DNA of 64,000 nucleotides, taken from Macrostomum lignano. Lineage: Eukaryota. Both the position numbers and the translations under genes were made by a program. Location: NCBI GenBank assembly GCA_002269645.1, contig NIVC01000365.1, positions 496,001 to 560,000 of the forward strand, in the 5' to 3' direction. Shown piece after piece: positions 35,872 through 48,200 of the stretch; position 1 is the stretch's first letter, and every line of letters starts with the position of its first letter. The notes under the pieces were generated by a model that saw only the letters and a program-made list of their open reading frames with translations, had not been told where the DNA came from and did no database searches.

Positions 35872-37125
35872 TACTAAGCAGTTCTTTTGAATCCTAGCTA
35901 GAAGCAAATAGAAAAAGATGCAGCTCTAACCATGCCAATACTCTACTTGGTCGTCAGGGTTAAATAGTCTGCTTAGCTCGCCGGCACGTTGACCACACTG
36001 GTTTACTGCACGTGACAGCTTTCTAAAAGCTTTTCCGAAACCCAATTCCACTTCGGCCAAAGGTTTGCAAATTAACTTTAAAAGAAGCGTCTCTGCTGGA
36101 ATGGAATTTCCCTCAATGGAAAACCTGCTTTGTTCACGTCTGGGAGTCTTGTTTGACCGGTTTAGCGGAAAATACGCCCGTAAGCAGCAGCTAACGTGCT
36201 CGTTATACTTCAAACTTTTTTCACCTGCCGTTCCAGATTTGTACTCGTATTTTGGCGAGTTGCTTGCTCTGCTTCAATCTTCTTAGTAATTTGTCACGCT
36301 TTACCGGACGCTTTAGGACCCTTTGCCGGAAATGCTTCCGGAGACCGGCAATTAGACAGATTTCTCGACAAACAATGTCTATGGCGAACCCCCCATTCAG
36401 CGCTATGCAAAAGACAAATCTTAGCAAAATCCGTTTAGAAAGCACATCTGTAGTTTGAGCGTTGCAGTTCTCGAATAATCTTGCTTTTTCAAACTTTCAA
36501 CTAACTTTTGAGTTCACCTCAATCGAAACGATTCACACACTTGCTTGATTTGGACTTCGGAAGTGCGGCTAGGCAGTGAGATGTTGGGAATTTAGTGCTA
36601 AAAAACTGAAAACTTGCAGTCTCGCCAATTGCAGTCTCGCCAACTTGCAGTCTCGCGACATTGTCACGATTTAAGCGTCTTTCAGTTTTCATGTACCTGT
36701 TCAATGTTCATGCATGGTTTGCCCAAGGACGACTCTTTAAGTCATCATTGGGTTTGCCTGCAGCTGTTTCATCAACGCAAACTGCTTATTTGTATGCCAG
36801 ACTTCTACAACTTTGAGCTCGCCTTTCAAAAACAGAGATACCACTTCTCGAGGCAGTGTTCCCAAAGTCGAAATAAGTAGACGGCTTGCAGCTCTGGTTG
36901 CACGCTTCAACCTGTGTGGATTGTATTCTAGTCCCCACGTATTCAAGCTTTAACAGAGATAAACAAAAAGCTATGTTTAAAGAAGACTTGACTACTTCCA
37001 CAGAGACATCCAGTGAAATTTGGTAATAGACGCGTCTGACTTCATGTATCAAGTAGGAGATACGTGACCATTTTTCTAAATTTTTTAGCTGTCTATAGGA
37101 TCAGACGGCATGAATTCAAATTATA

Positions 37126-37320
37126 CAAGGGGTGTCCCAAAAGTTCCCGGAATCTTTGCCCCAGCTCCTCAGTACCTTGACCAATTTTTATGGTTTATGT
37201 GTCAAACTAAAGATAATTTTTCAACGAAAAAACGTGTCATTTGAATTTCCTTTCTATCTGGTTTCGGTTAGGAGTTACACCAGGAAATGTGAAGGAATTT
37301 CAGTACCAGTGTTACACACC
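37126..37320 (+). mobile_element. Solo left end of a Tc1/mariner-type element
   Basis: TA followed by CAAGGGGTGTCCCAAAAGTTC, like the other mariner TIRs here; no matching right end found. Confidence 0.55.
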
Positions 37321-37323
37321 CAG

Positions 37324-37576
37324 AATGCTCAATGAGCGATTTTATGTAATTAAACTGCGTAGAAATAGATATGCGTACAAACTACTAATCCGGTGAAGAA
37401 ACATAAGTAGCCATAGACTATTTACTCAAATGTGCAGCACAAGACCGCCTAACTTATTAAGTCAGTAACATTTGAGTAATAGTCTATGGCTACTTATGTT
37501 TCTTCACCGGATTAGTAGTTGGTACGCATATCTATTTCTACGCAGTTTAATTTCATAAAATCGCTGATTGAGCATT
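37324..37576. repeat. Foldback inverted repeat with ~110-bp arms and a 34-bp spacer
   Basis: 37324-37433 is the reverse complement of 37468-37576 with only a few mismatches. Confidence 0.9.
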
Positions 37577-39399
37577 GTCGGCTGATTTTCCATGCAAGAA
37601 TGGCATTCTTGCACTCTTTTGCGTGCAGGAATGGATGTCTATGGTAAAATCTCACTGAAAAAGCATTAGGCGCAGAAATGCATTCCTGCACGGTTTTGTG
37701 CATTCCTGCACGATGAATCATCCGACAATGGAATTCCTTCACGTTCACTCGTGCGTGAAGGACATCGTGCACTCGTGCGCTAGCGCGCACTCGTGCAGAT
37801 GTCATTCCCGCACTCGTGACCGTGCAGGAATATATCATTCTTATTTGATCCAGCGTGCAAGAATGCTTTGGAAGTCGCCATATGCGTGCAGAAATGCAAG
37901 TGTCTATGGTAAAAGCACCTTGGATTTACATGTGCACTCCGTGCAGGAATTTCAATCGTGCAAGAATGTAATGCGCAATGTTTCTATATTTAGCATAACA
38001 GCCATAGACTACAAGCATAATCTTCTTTCCATCGTGCAAGAATGTTCAGACTAGCTCGCGCATATTTTGTCTATGGTTCAAGTCTAACTCCATACCCCCA
38101 GCTCCACCCTTTTCTACTTTAGCCACACATGTTGGATCAAATAAGAATGGGAATCAGGCACTTTGACTTGTGCGTCTATGGAAAAAACCCTCGTGTTTCA
38201 GCCATTGACGCACTCGTCAGCGTGCTAGATTCCTCCATTCTGGGTAAGTTCTGTGGTGTTACAAAACCTCGAATGTCTGTGGTATCCTTTTTCTATTAAC
38301 AGTTTTTTTGCAAAATTCAACTTTGAATTCGTCATAAAGATGTGGAAACGTCTATGGATGAAACCAGTAAATTGCTGATCAGATCTAGTGGTGCCAGCGC
38401 TTGCTTCTTTTTCATGAAGGTTTTGCGTCTTTATGCCTTGAAATTGATTGTTCTATCTATCTTGGATTCTCTTTCGATTTAACTGGCTGAAGCCTAGCTT
38501 TAGAACAGGGGTCGGTGAACTTTTAACACAATTAAGACCAGATAAAGAGTCTAGACCATTGCTGCGGGACAGATGAGAGTGGAAGAGAAACGAGGGAGAG
38601 GGGGAAAAGAGAGGAGGGGAAAGAGAAGAGCTAAGAAGACACAAACCTTGAGCGGGCCGGGCCGCATTGCTATTGTGCAGTTTCAAAGGACCCGAGGGCC
38701 GGATAGAGAGGCTTTGCAGGCCGCATGTGGCCCGAGAATTGCCCGCAGACGAATTCCCACCGAGATTTGCCCGAGGAGACAACACCCGAATTTTATCATT
38801 TCAGCTGCTAAATATTAAAAGTAAAATAGACAGCGACAGAGAATTTGTATTTTTACAATTGATTAAAATAGAGTTTATCAAATAGTTGAACTTCACATTA
38901 TAAAAGGTAATTACATGCGCATAATTGTTATGATACAGACAATAAAAGATGCTAATACTCTGTGGTAAAATGTGCTCAATAAATTAGAGTTACTGAGCAA
39001 AATTAATGACTAAGGGGTCACATTACATTGCCTGTACACAAGCTGATCAAATGTAGCCACAATGCAATGCAAACCAGTCGTAACAGTATGTTATTACAAA
39101 GGGAATTTACCCAAAGAATATTAGCTTCTGTGCCCAACATTCAAAGGGCATGCGTGGGCTTTCATTCCGCATCTTTTTTGAAACAAAAAAGCAATTTCTT
39201 GTGCCCTCAAGACTCTGACATTTTTGGTGCCAAAGACTGGTATCCCTAATAGGTACAGCTGCAATCTGCATATTCCAACAGCTTTGATTGCTGGCTATTT
39301 GAAAACTTGGCTGTAATGTTAGGAACAAAATATAAGACAAACTTCGTGTGAGTTGCTTCATTGCTTGAATCGGTGCATTCGGATACAGCAGAAAAATTT

Positions 39400-39984
39400 C
39401 TAGAGGGCCCGAGAGGACTGTCCATTGCTGCCACAGCTCAAGCAGAAGCCGCTAGTGGAGCCGCAGCGACACCGAGGACAAAAGAAAGGCAGCCGGGCTA
39501 AGTGCACCTTCTCCAAGTGGCTCATCAAGTTAATCTTCTGAACAAAGCCTTTATGGCACATTGAGCAGTGAAAGTCCTTAGCAACCAGGTGAATCTTTCT
39601 GTGTGTGTGCAGGTTGGCCTGCTGACTGAACTTCCGGCCGCAGAGGTCACAGAAGAACGGCTGCTCACCTGTGTGCACCCGCTCGTGGTCCAGCAGGTTG
39701 ACTCTCTGGCTGAAGCGTCTGGAGCAGATGCAGCACTTAAAGGGCTTGACATGAGTCAGCCTGTGCTGCATCAGAGTGGCCTGGGTACGCAGCCTCTTGC
39801 CGCAGTCTGAGCATGCAAACTGCGGTGTGCCAGACTTGCCTAGCAGGCTGACTGCATCTTGGTAGGTTGAGCCACCTGCAACTGTTGGTAGTTTAGTGAG
39901 GCCAAGGCTGTGGTGACGCAGCAAGTGCTTCTTGTACCACCTGGGGCTGCTGAACTGAAGGTTGCAGAATGGGCAGCTGGTCAT
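39400..39984 (-). CDS. C2H2 zinc-finger protein (194 aa, ~6 fingers)
   Basis: Repeated CxxC..HxxxH motifs with an HTGEQPF linker; single coding exon; strong T-rich acceptor ~50 nt upstream of the ATG. Confidence 0.9.
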   Translation of the reverse strand: MTSCPFCNLQFSSPRWYKKHLLRHHSLGLTKLPTVAGGSTYQDAVSLLGKSGTPQFACSDCGKRLRTQATLMQHRLTHVKPFKCCICSRRFSQRVNLLDHERVHTGEQPFFCDLCGRKFSQQANLHTHRKIHLVAKDFHCSMCHKGFVQKINLMSHLEKVHLARLPFFCPRCRCGSTSGFCLSCGSNGQSSRAL

Positions 39985-40644
39985 TGACAGTGTAGGTCTG
40001 TTGACTTTTCATGTACACTAACTGATGGCAGCCCTGAAAAAAAACAAAGAAAAAGATTTTATATACTTAGCAGAGCTTTGTTGGCTTAAAACAGTTGTTG
40101 CATATTTTATATAGTAATTAAATGATAAGCCTAGCAAAAGTTTATTTTAATGTTAAGCAAAAAACAAAGATCAATGATAGTTTATATCAGCAATTTTTAC
40201 TGTTTATATATCTTATATTTTTTGTAAAAGAAATTGCTTATATTAGATTTAAACTATTGTTTTCTTAAGTAATAGAAATATATATTGGTAATTTATTAAA
40301 TAATTAAATAAATATTAAAGATTGCTCATCAAAATAATATTGATCTAGTTTAATATAAACTTATACCAACAATTGCTAATGTCAATATTAATATACAAAA
40401 ATGACCTACTTTGATATAGGCCTGGAATAGCTGACTAAAGAATAATACAAATATATGCATTTGCATGTAAGTCTAAAGCAAGCTACCAATAAGGCATAGA
40501 CCTAACTTATTTATTGTTGCCATTGTTTTTATTATTAGCGAATCAAAACTTTCTTGTTTTGTATATACTTAGTGTGAAGTTATGAGCCGAGTGATTGTAG
40601 TTAGAAGTAGAAAAGGAAGGACACGTGAAACTCTCCACGCGCGG

Positions 40645-43600
40645 TGTTGTATTTATTTATATTGATTTACTGACTCAGCACAGACAGAGATTAGGGGTGG
40701 GTGACTGAACAACACACAGAGAGAGAGAGAGTAAATAACCAACTCCAAACCCCCCCCCGACACTGGGGTGGCAAAAGTGCACTAGAACTAAAAAATAAAC
40801 AAATAATAATAACTAACTGAGAGACCTAGCCAAGCCATACACATAACTAACTATCTGACATCTCCCCCCTAAAGTTCGAAACATCCCCAAGCAAAGTTCG
40901 TTCGAAGTCAGAGTCAGTTCAAATTCAGGATCAAAGTTGCAGGCGTTCAGGTGGCTGCCTCCGACGCTGCGGATAGCGCCTCGCCGGACTGCTCGGCCGG
41001 TCAGCGGCGGCGGTGGCCGCGTCATCCTGCGGCGCGTCATTGCCGCCGTCGCCTTCGCTTTGCTCGGTGGGCAGCGAATGCGGTTCATCGGAGACAGCGG
41101 CCGGCGTCACCGGGTCGGCCTCTGGCAGCGAGCTCGTCAGCAGCTGGTCCGTGTGCCGCCGATGGAGAGCGCCGCCGACCTCAACGTCGCAGTTGCGGGA
41201 TCCAGCGGACACGACGCTGCCCTCCGCCCAGCGAGTGCCGCCGCCAGCCCTAGCGTTGGAGCTGAAGTCGCGCAGTAGAACTCGGTCGCCGACTTGAAAC
41301 TCGCGCGCATGCGGCTGCTGCTCGACCTGCCGCTCTTGGTGTTGCTGCATGCTGCTCGTCAGCGATGGCATCAGCAGGTCCAGCCGACTGCGCAGTCTGC
41401 GGCCGATGAGCAGCTGGCTGGGAGCTTCGCCGGTGATCGAGTGCGGCGTGTTGCGGTAGGACAGCAGCATCCGCTGCAGTGCCGCCGTCGAGTGCCCGCT
41501 CTTGAGCAGATGTCGCTTGAGCACCTGAACGAATCTCTCCGCTTGGCCGTTCGTTGCCGGATGGAACGGCGCCGAGAAAACATGCCGAATGCCATTGCGC
41601 CTTGTGAACTCGCCGAACTCCGCGGAGGTGAACTGCGTGCCGTTGTCGGAGACCAACACCCGGGGAATGCCCAGTCTGGCGAAGACCTCGCGGAGTCGCT
41701 CGATGGTGGCAGCAGACGTAACGCTGTGCACTTGATGAACCTCCGGCCACTTGCTGAAGGCATCCATGATGACCAGGTACGTGCGACCGTTAACGGGGCC
41801 GGCGAAGTCCAGGTGCAGCCTCGCCCAAGGTTCAGCAGGAAACGGCCACGGTTGCACCGGCGCCTTGGGCGGGTCTGCCTGGTTCAGCATGCAGGTCCGG
41901 CACGACTTGACGGTCATCGCAAGCTGCTCGTCCAGGCCGGGCCACCAGACGTAGCTGCGGGCTAGCGCTCGCATGCGGTTGATGCCGGGATGCGCCTGGT
42001 GCAGCTCGTCCAGCACGCCTTGTCGCAGAACCGCGGGCACCACGACGCGGGCGCCCCACAGCACGCAGCCCTGTTCAACGCTCAGCTCGTCCTGGCGCCT
42101 CGAGAAGTCGATGAGATCGGCGCCAGCCATTGGCGCGCCAGTCTGCAGACAGCGAAGCACCCGGCCGAGGATGGCATCCGAGCGAGTGCTGCGCGCGACC
42201 GCCTGAGCCGTTATGGCGGACCCGGTCTCCTCATCCAGTAGCAGGGCGTTGACGGCCGGCTCTTCCTCAAACTGCCTCGGCAATGGCAGCCGGGACAGAG
42301 AGTCGCAGTTGGCGTGCTTGCTGGTGGGCCGGAACTCCAGCGAGTAGTCGTAACCGGCCAAACGGATCGCCCAGCGCTGCATGCGAGCCGCCGCGTGCTC
42401 TGGAATCGCCTTGTTTTCACCGAGAAGTCCTAGGAGCGGTTTGTGGTCGGTCACGATGACGAACTTGCGGCCTTGGAGGAACTGATTGAAGCGCTGGAGG
42501 CCGAACATGATCGCTAGCGCCTCCTTGTCTAACTGCGAGTAGCCCTTTTGAGCCGTCGTCAGGCTGCGACTGGCGAAGGCAATGGCTCGGTCCTGGCCGT
42601 CCACTCGGTGCGTCAGCACCACGCCGAGACCATAGGGGCTGGCGTCGCACTCTAGCCGCAGCGGCAGCTTGGCGTCATAATGCATCAGCACCGGAGACTC
42701 GAGCAGAAGACGCTTGGACTTCTCGAAGGCTATCTGCTGAGGCTCCCCCCACGTCCAGCGCGCGTTCTTAGTCAGCAGCTGATTCAGGGGAGCGACCACC
42801 GTGGACAGATGAGGCAGAAATTTGCCGTAGTGCGTCAACATGCCCAAATAAGCTCGGAGTTGACTGCAGTCTGCGGGTGGCGGGGCGTCCTGCACCGCCT
42901 TCACCTTCTCTGTCAGCGGCCGCAGTCCGTTGCTGTCGATCCGGTGGCCCAGATACTCGACCGAATCGCGGAACAACTCGCACTTGTCTTTGTTCAGTCG
43001 TAGGCCCGCCTCCCGTAGGCGCTGAAGGACCTTGATAAGATTCTCGCGATTATGCTGCAGCGTCTTGCCCGTCACCAGGATGTCGTCCACAAAGACTTGC
43101 ACAGACTCTAGGTCACCGAGCAGCGAGTCTAGCGTGCGCTGGAATACCGCACTGGCGCAGTTGATGCCGAACGGCATGCGGTTCAGCTGGTACAGGCCTC
43201 GCTGCGTGTTGATAGTCAAGAAGGGCTTGCTGTCCTCAGACAATGGCAGCTGCAGGAAGGCGTTTGACATGTCCAGCTTGGACCATTTGCAGCCGCCACC
43301 CAGCTTTGCAAATAAGTCCTCAATGCGCGGCAGTGGGTACAGCTCCGGCCTGGACTCTGCGTTGTAGGTGAGCTTGTAGTCGCCGCAGATCCTCACCGAA
43401 CCGTCCTTCTTGACAACAGGCACAATTGGCGCAGCCCAGTCGGAATGTTTGACTGGCGTGATGATGCCGTCAGTCTCCATCCGTCGAAGTTCCTGATCGA
43501 CGCGCTCCCGGAGTGCATAGGGGACCGGTCTGGCCTTGAAAAAGCGCGGCTTTGCCTCAGTCGGCATGTGCAGTTTCACCTCGCCGTGCCGATAGGTGCC

Positions 43601-44100
43601 AAGGCCGCCTTGGAAGACCTCGGGGAACTGCGCGAGCAGATCAGCTGCTTGTCCGGTCACTGAGTTGACCTGACCAAGGATCGTCGGCCAGTCCAATCTC
43701 AGCTGCGTCAGCCAGTCGCGACCCAATAGTGCGACATCGCCTTGCTCGACCACAAGCAGCGTCAACCGCCGATCTTGGCCATTATGCTGAACCGCGACCT
43801 CTGCCTGTCCGATGGGTCGAAAGCTCTCGCCCGTGTAGGTGCGCAGCACCGTGGATGTCGGCGACAGATGGAGACCCGGCAGGACATCCTCTTGGAGACT
43901 CTTCGGGATGACGGTGAGGGCGGAGCCGGTATCCACCTCGAAGCGACATGGCTTGCCTTGGAGCAACAGCTCGACCGCCAGACCCTTGCTCGATCCGCTC
44001 TGCCTAATGCTGAAGAGGGGCTCCTGCAGCTCAGCCGGCTCTGGGTCCAGCTTGTGCAGCTTTGAAGACCTGCACACCTTGCGGATGTGCCCGACTTTGC
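40645..44100 (-). mobile_element. Gypsy (Metaviridae, probably Mag-like) LTR retrotransposon A: 5'-truncated, intact pol, 3' LTR at 40860-40645
   Basis: Uninterrupted 1048-aa ORF (44077-40931): protease VDTGS, RT FVDD, RNase H CDASPYGLG, integrase HHCC and D,D35E. PPT AGGGGGGAGA at 40870-40861; LTR TGT...ACA with AATAAA. The gag CCHC knuckle is cut at ..GKVGHIRKVC. Confidence 0.95.
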
Positions 44101-45224
44101 CTTTTCAGCAAAATGGAGAAACAGGAGTATCGAGCTCTCAATAAATTTTTTACCTTTAAAGGATTAAAGCCACCAGCGATCGAAGCAGAGATCAAGTCTG
44201 TGTACCCCGCAACTTGCCTATCTCTACGCACAATTGAGAGACACCATACTGAATTTAAGCAAGGCAGGGTGACCCTCGAAGATGACCCCCGGAGTGGGCG
44301 CCCTGCTACCAGCGCCAACCAGGAGAAAGTTGATGCAGTTGCCAAGCTCCTGGATGAAGATCGGCGAATTTGAGTTGCCAGCATTGCACACACTGTTGGC
44401 ATCTCAATTGGCTTAGTTGAGGAAATCCTGCACCAAATCCTTGGATACAACAAGGTCAATGCCCGTTGAGTGCCCCGAATGCTTTTGCGGGACCACAAGC
44501 TGAATCGGGTGAACTCTAGCCGCTTCATGCTTGACCTGTACAACGCGGACCCAAATGGATTCGAGTGACGAATCATAACAGGGGATGAGTACTGGCTACA
44601 CCACTATGACCCTGAGTCCAAGCGTGACTCCATGGAGTGGCGGCGCCCAGGAGAAGATGCACCTCGCAAGTTCAAGCAAGTGAAGTTGGCTGACAAGGTC
44701 TTGGGCTGCTTCTTCTGGGATTGTCAGGGGATGCTGCTTGCTGAGTACCTGCCAGTTGGGCACACTGTGACAGGTGTGCGGTACGCTGAACAGCTGGGCC
44801 GACTTCGTCAAGCAGTTGTCAGGAAGAGGCGAGGCAAGTTGAGTGCTCGCCCCCTGCTGCTTCATGACAATGCCCCTGCTCACACAGCCCAAGTTGCAGT
44901 GAATGCTGCCACCACTGCAGGATTCGAAATTCTGCCCCATCCTGCCTATTCACCAGACCTGGCCCCATCGGATTTCTACTTGTTTCGCCAGCAGAAGCCA
45001 CTCCGAGGGCGCCATTTTGAGTCCAATGAGGAAGTCATCGCCCTCGTGAACCAGTGGCTGGAGGACCAGATGGCAACCTTCTACACCAGCGGCATCCAAG
45101 AGCTGTGTGACCATTGGCAGAAGTGTATTGATCGCCAAGGAGATTATGTTGAAAAATAATGTAGCCTTGTCCCAAAATTTTTTGTTTGAATATACAAACG
45201 ACAGAACTTTTTGAACCCCCCTCG
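44101..45224 (+). mobile_element. Mariner (D,D34D) element lacking its left TIR; transposase pseudogene at 44113-45159
   Basis: 349-codon frame with 3 in-frame TGA (44371, 44467, 44566). Motifs TGDEYW, HDNAPAH and YSPDLAPSDFYLF. Right TIR GAACTTTTTGAACCCCCCTCG followed by TA. Confidence 0.93.
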
Positions 45225-48200
45225 TACGTCCCTAGCCAAGACATCAGAATCTGGCTTACCGCATTCGACCAGCGATGTGAGAACGAAGGCATCGAAGAAG
45301 AGAATCGAAAGCAGGAATTGCTCACTAATTTAGATCTAAGCACTGCGTTTGCAGCAGTCCAACGCCTCAACCTCCCAGCTAATCTCCCCTATGAGGAATT
45401 CAAGGAAAGATTGATAGAGAGATTCGGAAAGGTAGGAAGCTCCGCCGAATTCCACAGAGTTCCGAAACCGATGCCAAGGTCGAAACAAATCTATAGACAG
45501 TTTCACTGATGCCCTAATTGAATTAGCCTCCCGCGCATTCTTAAATATGGATGCTAAGCAAAGAGAAGAGGAACTGGTTGAGCAGTTCATTAAAGGTGTG
45601 AGAACCCCTCCCGACACCCGTGAAAAGCTAATTTTTGCCCAACCTGCTAGTCTCCAAGCCGCCCATAGAATGTTGCACAGAATTGAAGCTGCTTACCAGA
45701 TGTCCCACAAAGGTGGAATTAGAGTGACAAAGGATGAGAAAGAGGAACACAAGGTCAGAACTGATCGGTTGATCATTGACCAGCAGACTAAGATTGACCG
45801 CCAAGAAAGGCTTATTCAGAACTTGCAGAAGCAACTGGCCGAAACAGCGCAATGCGTCCCGCTGTCTCAGGTGTTTCCCCAGCAACAGTATAGGCAGCCA
45901 AACCCCCAGCAACAGTACAGGCAGCCAAACCCCCAGCAACAGTACAGGCAGCCAAACCCCCAGCAACAGTACAGACAGCCACCCCCTCAGCAGTACAGGC
46001 AGTTAAACCCTCAGCTGTACAGACAGCCACCCTAGCAGCAGTACAGGCCGCAACCTCAGCAGCAGTACAGGCCCCAGCTGATGAACCAGCCGCCAAGACG
46101 TGAGCCCCCAAGAAGGAATGAGCGTCAGCCCCCTAACCCAAGATATGAGCCGCTGAAGTTCCGCAACCCCCGTGACTCCCAGAAGTCGGGAAACTGAGAA
46201 GCCAGGGTCGAATTAAGAGGCCACGCCCCTCAGGCCAAAATTTTGCTTACTCTCCGGCCTCCCCATCATTTTGAAATGCCCCCCAACCAAAATACTGGCA
46301 ACCTCCCCAGTACAGTTTCCGTTATCCCCGCAAAACCTCCCATGTACAGCCAATGCCTATAAATAACGCAATATCTGTCTCCCCCAATAATTTTTAATTT
46401 CTTACCTTTGATGATGCCGACAATGCTATGCCAAATGCCCCCCATGGCCCCCATGTGTACAATTCCCCTCATGCGACCACCTCTCATGTAACCAATGCGA
46501 CCAAAGCTCATGTACATCATGCGTCCGCACCCCATGTACCCACTGCGCTTGCACCCCATGTATCCCATGCGATTGAAGTCAATAATGCTCTATCCAGTGC
46601 TAAAAACTGCTCAAGGAAGCGACAAAAGCCAAAACCCAATTCCCCATCCCGAATTGACCTGACTAAACTAGAAGGTTATGAAGCTGTAATTGTCGGCGAT
46701 ATCCAGAAAGAATCAATTGATTTCTTGCTAGACATAGGCGCCAGAAATAATTTCCTGAGCCACTCAACCTGGTCTAAGCTATTCTGTTCTGATCAAATCC
46801 GAGACACTAACAAAAGAATTAGTACATTTGACGGTACCCCAGTCCAATTAGAAGGAGAAGTATCTGCCCAAGTGAAGTTTGGCAATATCCAAATCGAAGT
46901 TGATTTCCTCCTATGCCGACATGATTGTGACAATATTCTAGGTATGGAATTTTTCCTATCCCAATGCAAAAGCATTCAGCTAGCCAAAGGAATGCTAGTT
47001 TTTAACGAAGGTACCTGTATACCCATGCAGTATACCCGCCTATCCGTGAAAGTTTGCCAAGTTTATACTCAAGAAAGAGTAATCATCCCAGCTAATAGTG
47101 CCCTCCGAATACCTGTGAAGTTAGCCAAGAATTGCGAATCGAATTATGGCACTCCCATGACCATTGAAGCTATTGGCGATACTATCCAAACCCGTGATTT
47201 CTCATTAGAAATGGTTCCAACCCTAGTAACTATGAAAGAAGGCAAAGGAATTGTCAAAATTATTAACCGCCACCCAGTAGATGTGAATCTAACTAAAACT
47301 TCCTTAATTGGCCTAGCCAGACCCATAAAAGCCAAAGACTTGACCTATTGGCAAACCCAACCCCCCAGCTCCCAACGCCCTGCAAAAGTCAACCAGACTC
47401 AATGTACAGATGATTCATGGATTAATGAGGTGAGCCTTGGCCCTAAATTGTCAGATGAACAGCAAAAAGCAGTCATCGACTTAATGAAAGAAAACTATGA
47501 AGCTTTTTGCCAGAATGAATTAGACATGGGCCTGACACACTTAGTAACCCACGAAATTTCTATCAAAGACCCCACTCCCATTAGAATCCCAGCTAGACGC
47601 ATCCCCCCACACTTGCAAAAGCAAGTTGACGCCCAATCAGATGATATGTTAGCCAAAAATCTAATTAGACCCTGCTACTCAACCTATTCCACTCTCGTAG
47701 TAATTGTCCCCAAGAAAGATGGTTCTATCAGAATCGTTAGCGATTTCCAAGTGCTCAACTCAAGAGTTAATTACTACCCCTACCCCTCCCTAATATCCAA
47801 GAGACCTTCTCCCACCTAACTGGTAGCCAATACTTTAGCAGTTTAGATTTAAATTCAGGATACTGGCAAGTCCCCATCAAAGAAGAAGATAAGCATCGAA
47901 CCGCCTTCTCCATCCTAACTAGAGGCCAATTTGAATACCAAGTGATGGCCCAAGGACTTTCCAATGCCCCCGGAACCTTCCAACGTCTAATGAATTTAGT
48001 ACTATTAGGAATTCAACACAAGTTTGCCATGTCCTATATAGACGACATAATAGCCTACTCCTAAACTAGGCTAGGACTCGAGAAGTGTTTAAGCGATTAA
48101 TTGCCACAGGTCTAAAGTTGAGACCCAAAAAGTGCAATCTTTTCCATCACGAGTTACAGTACTTAGGACACGGGATTGGCCGACAAGGCATTCAAACAGA

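Noticed and set aside
34552-35907. The 451-aa AVTEAAAVEAARSG protein as listed in the ORF track
   Set aside because: It depends on a single-base deletion within one repeat; the signal peptide and silent variants favour the EWSSHG frame, though this is not proven
44113-45159. Domesticated SETMAR-like transposase
   Set aside because: Three in-frame stops, a retained right TIR and no SET exon nearby
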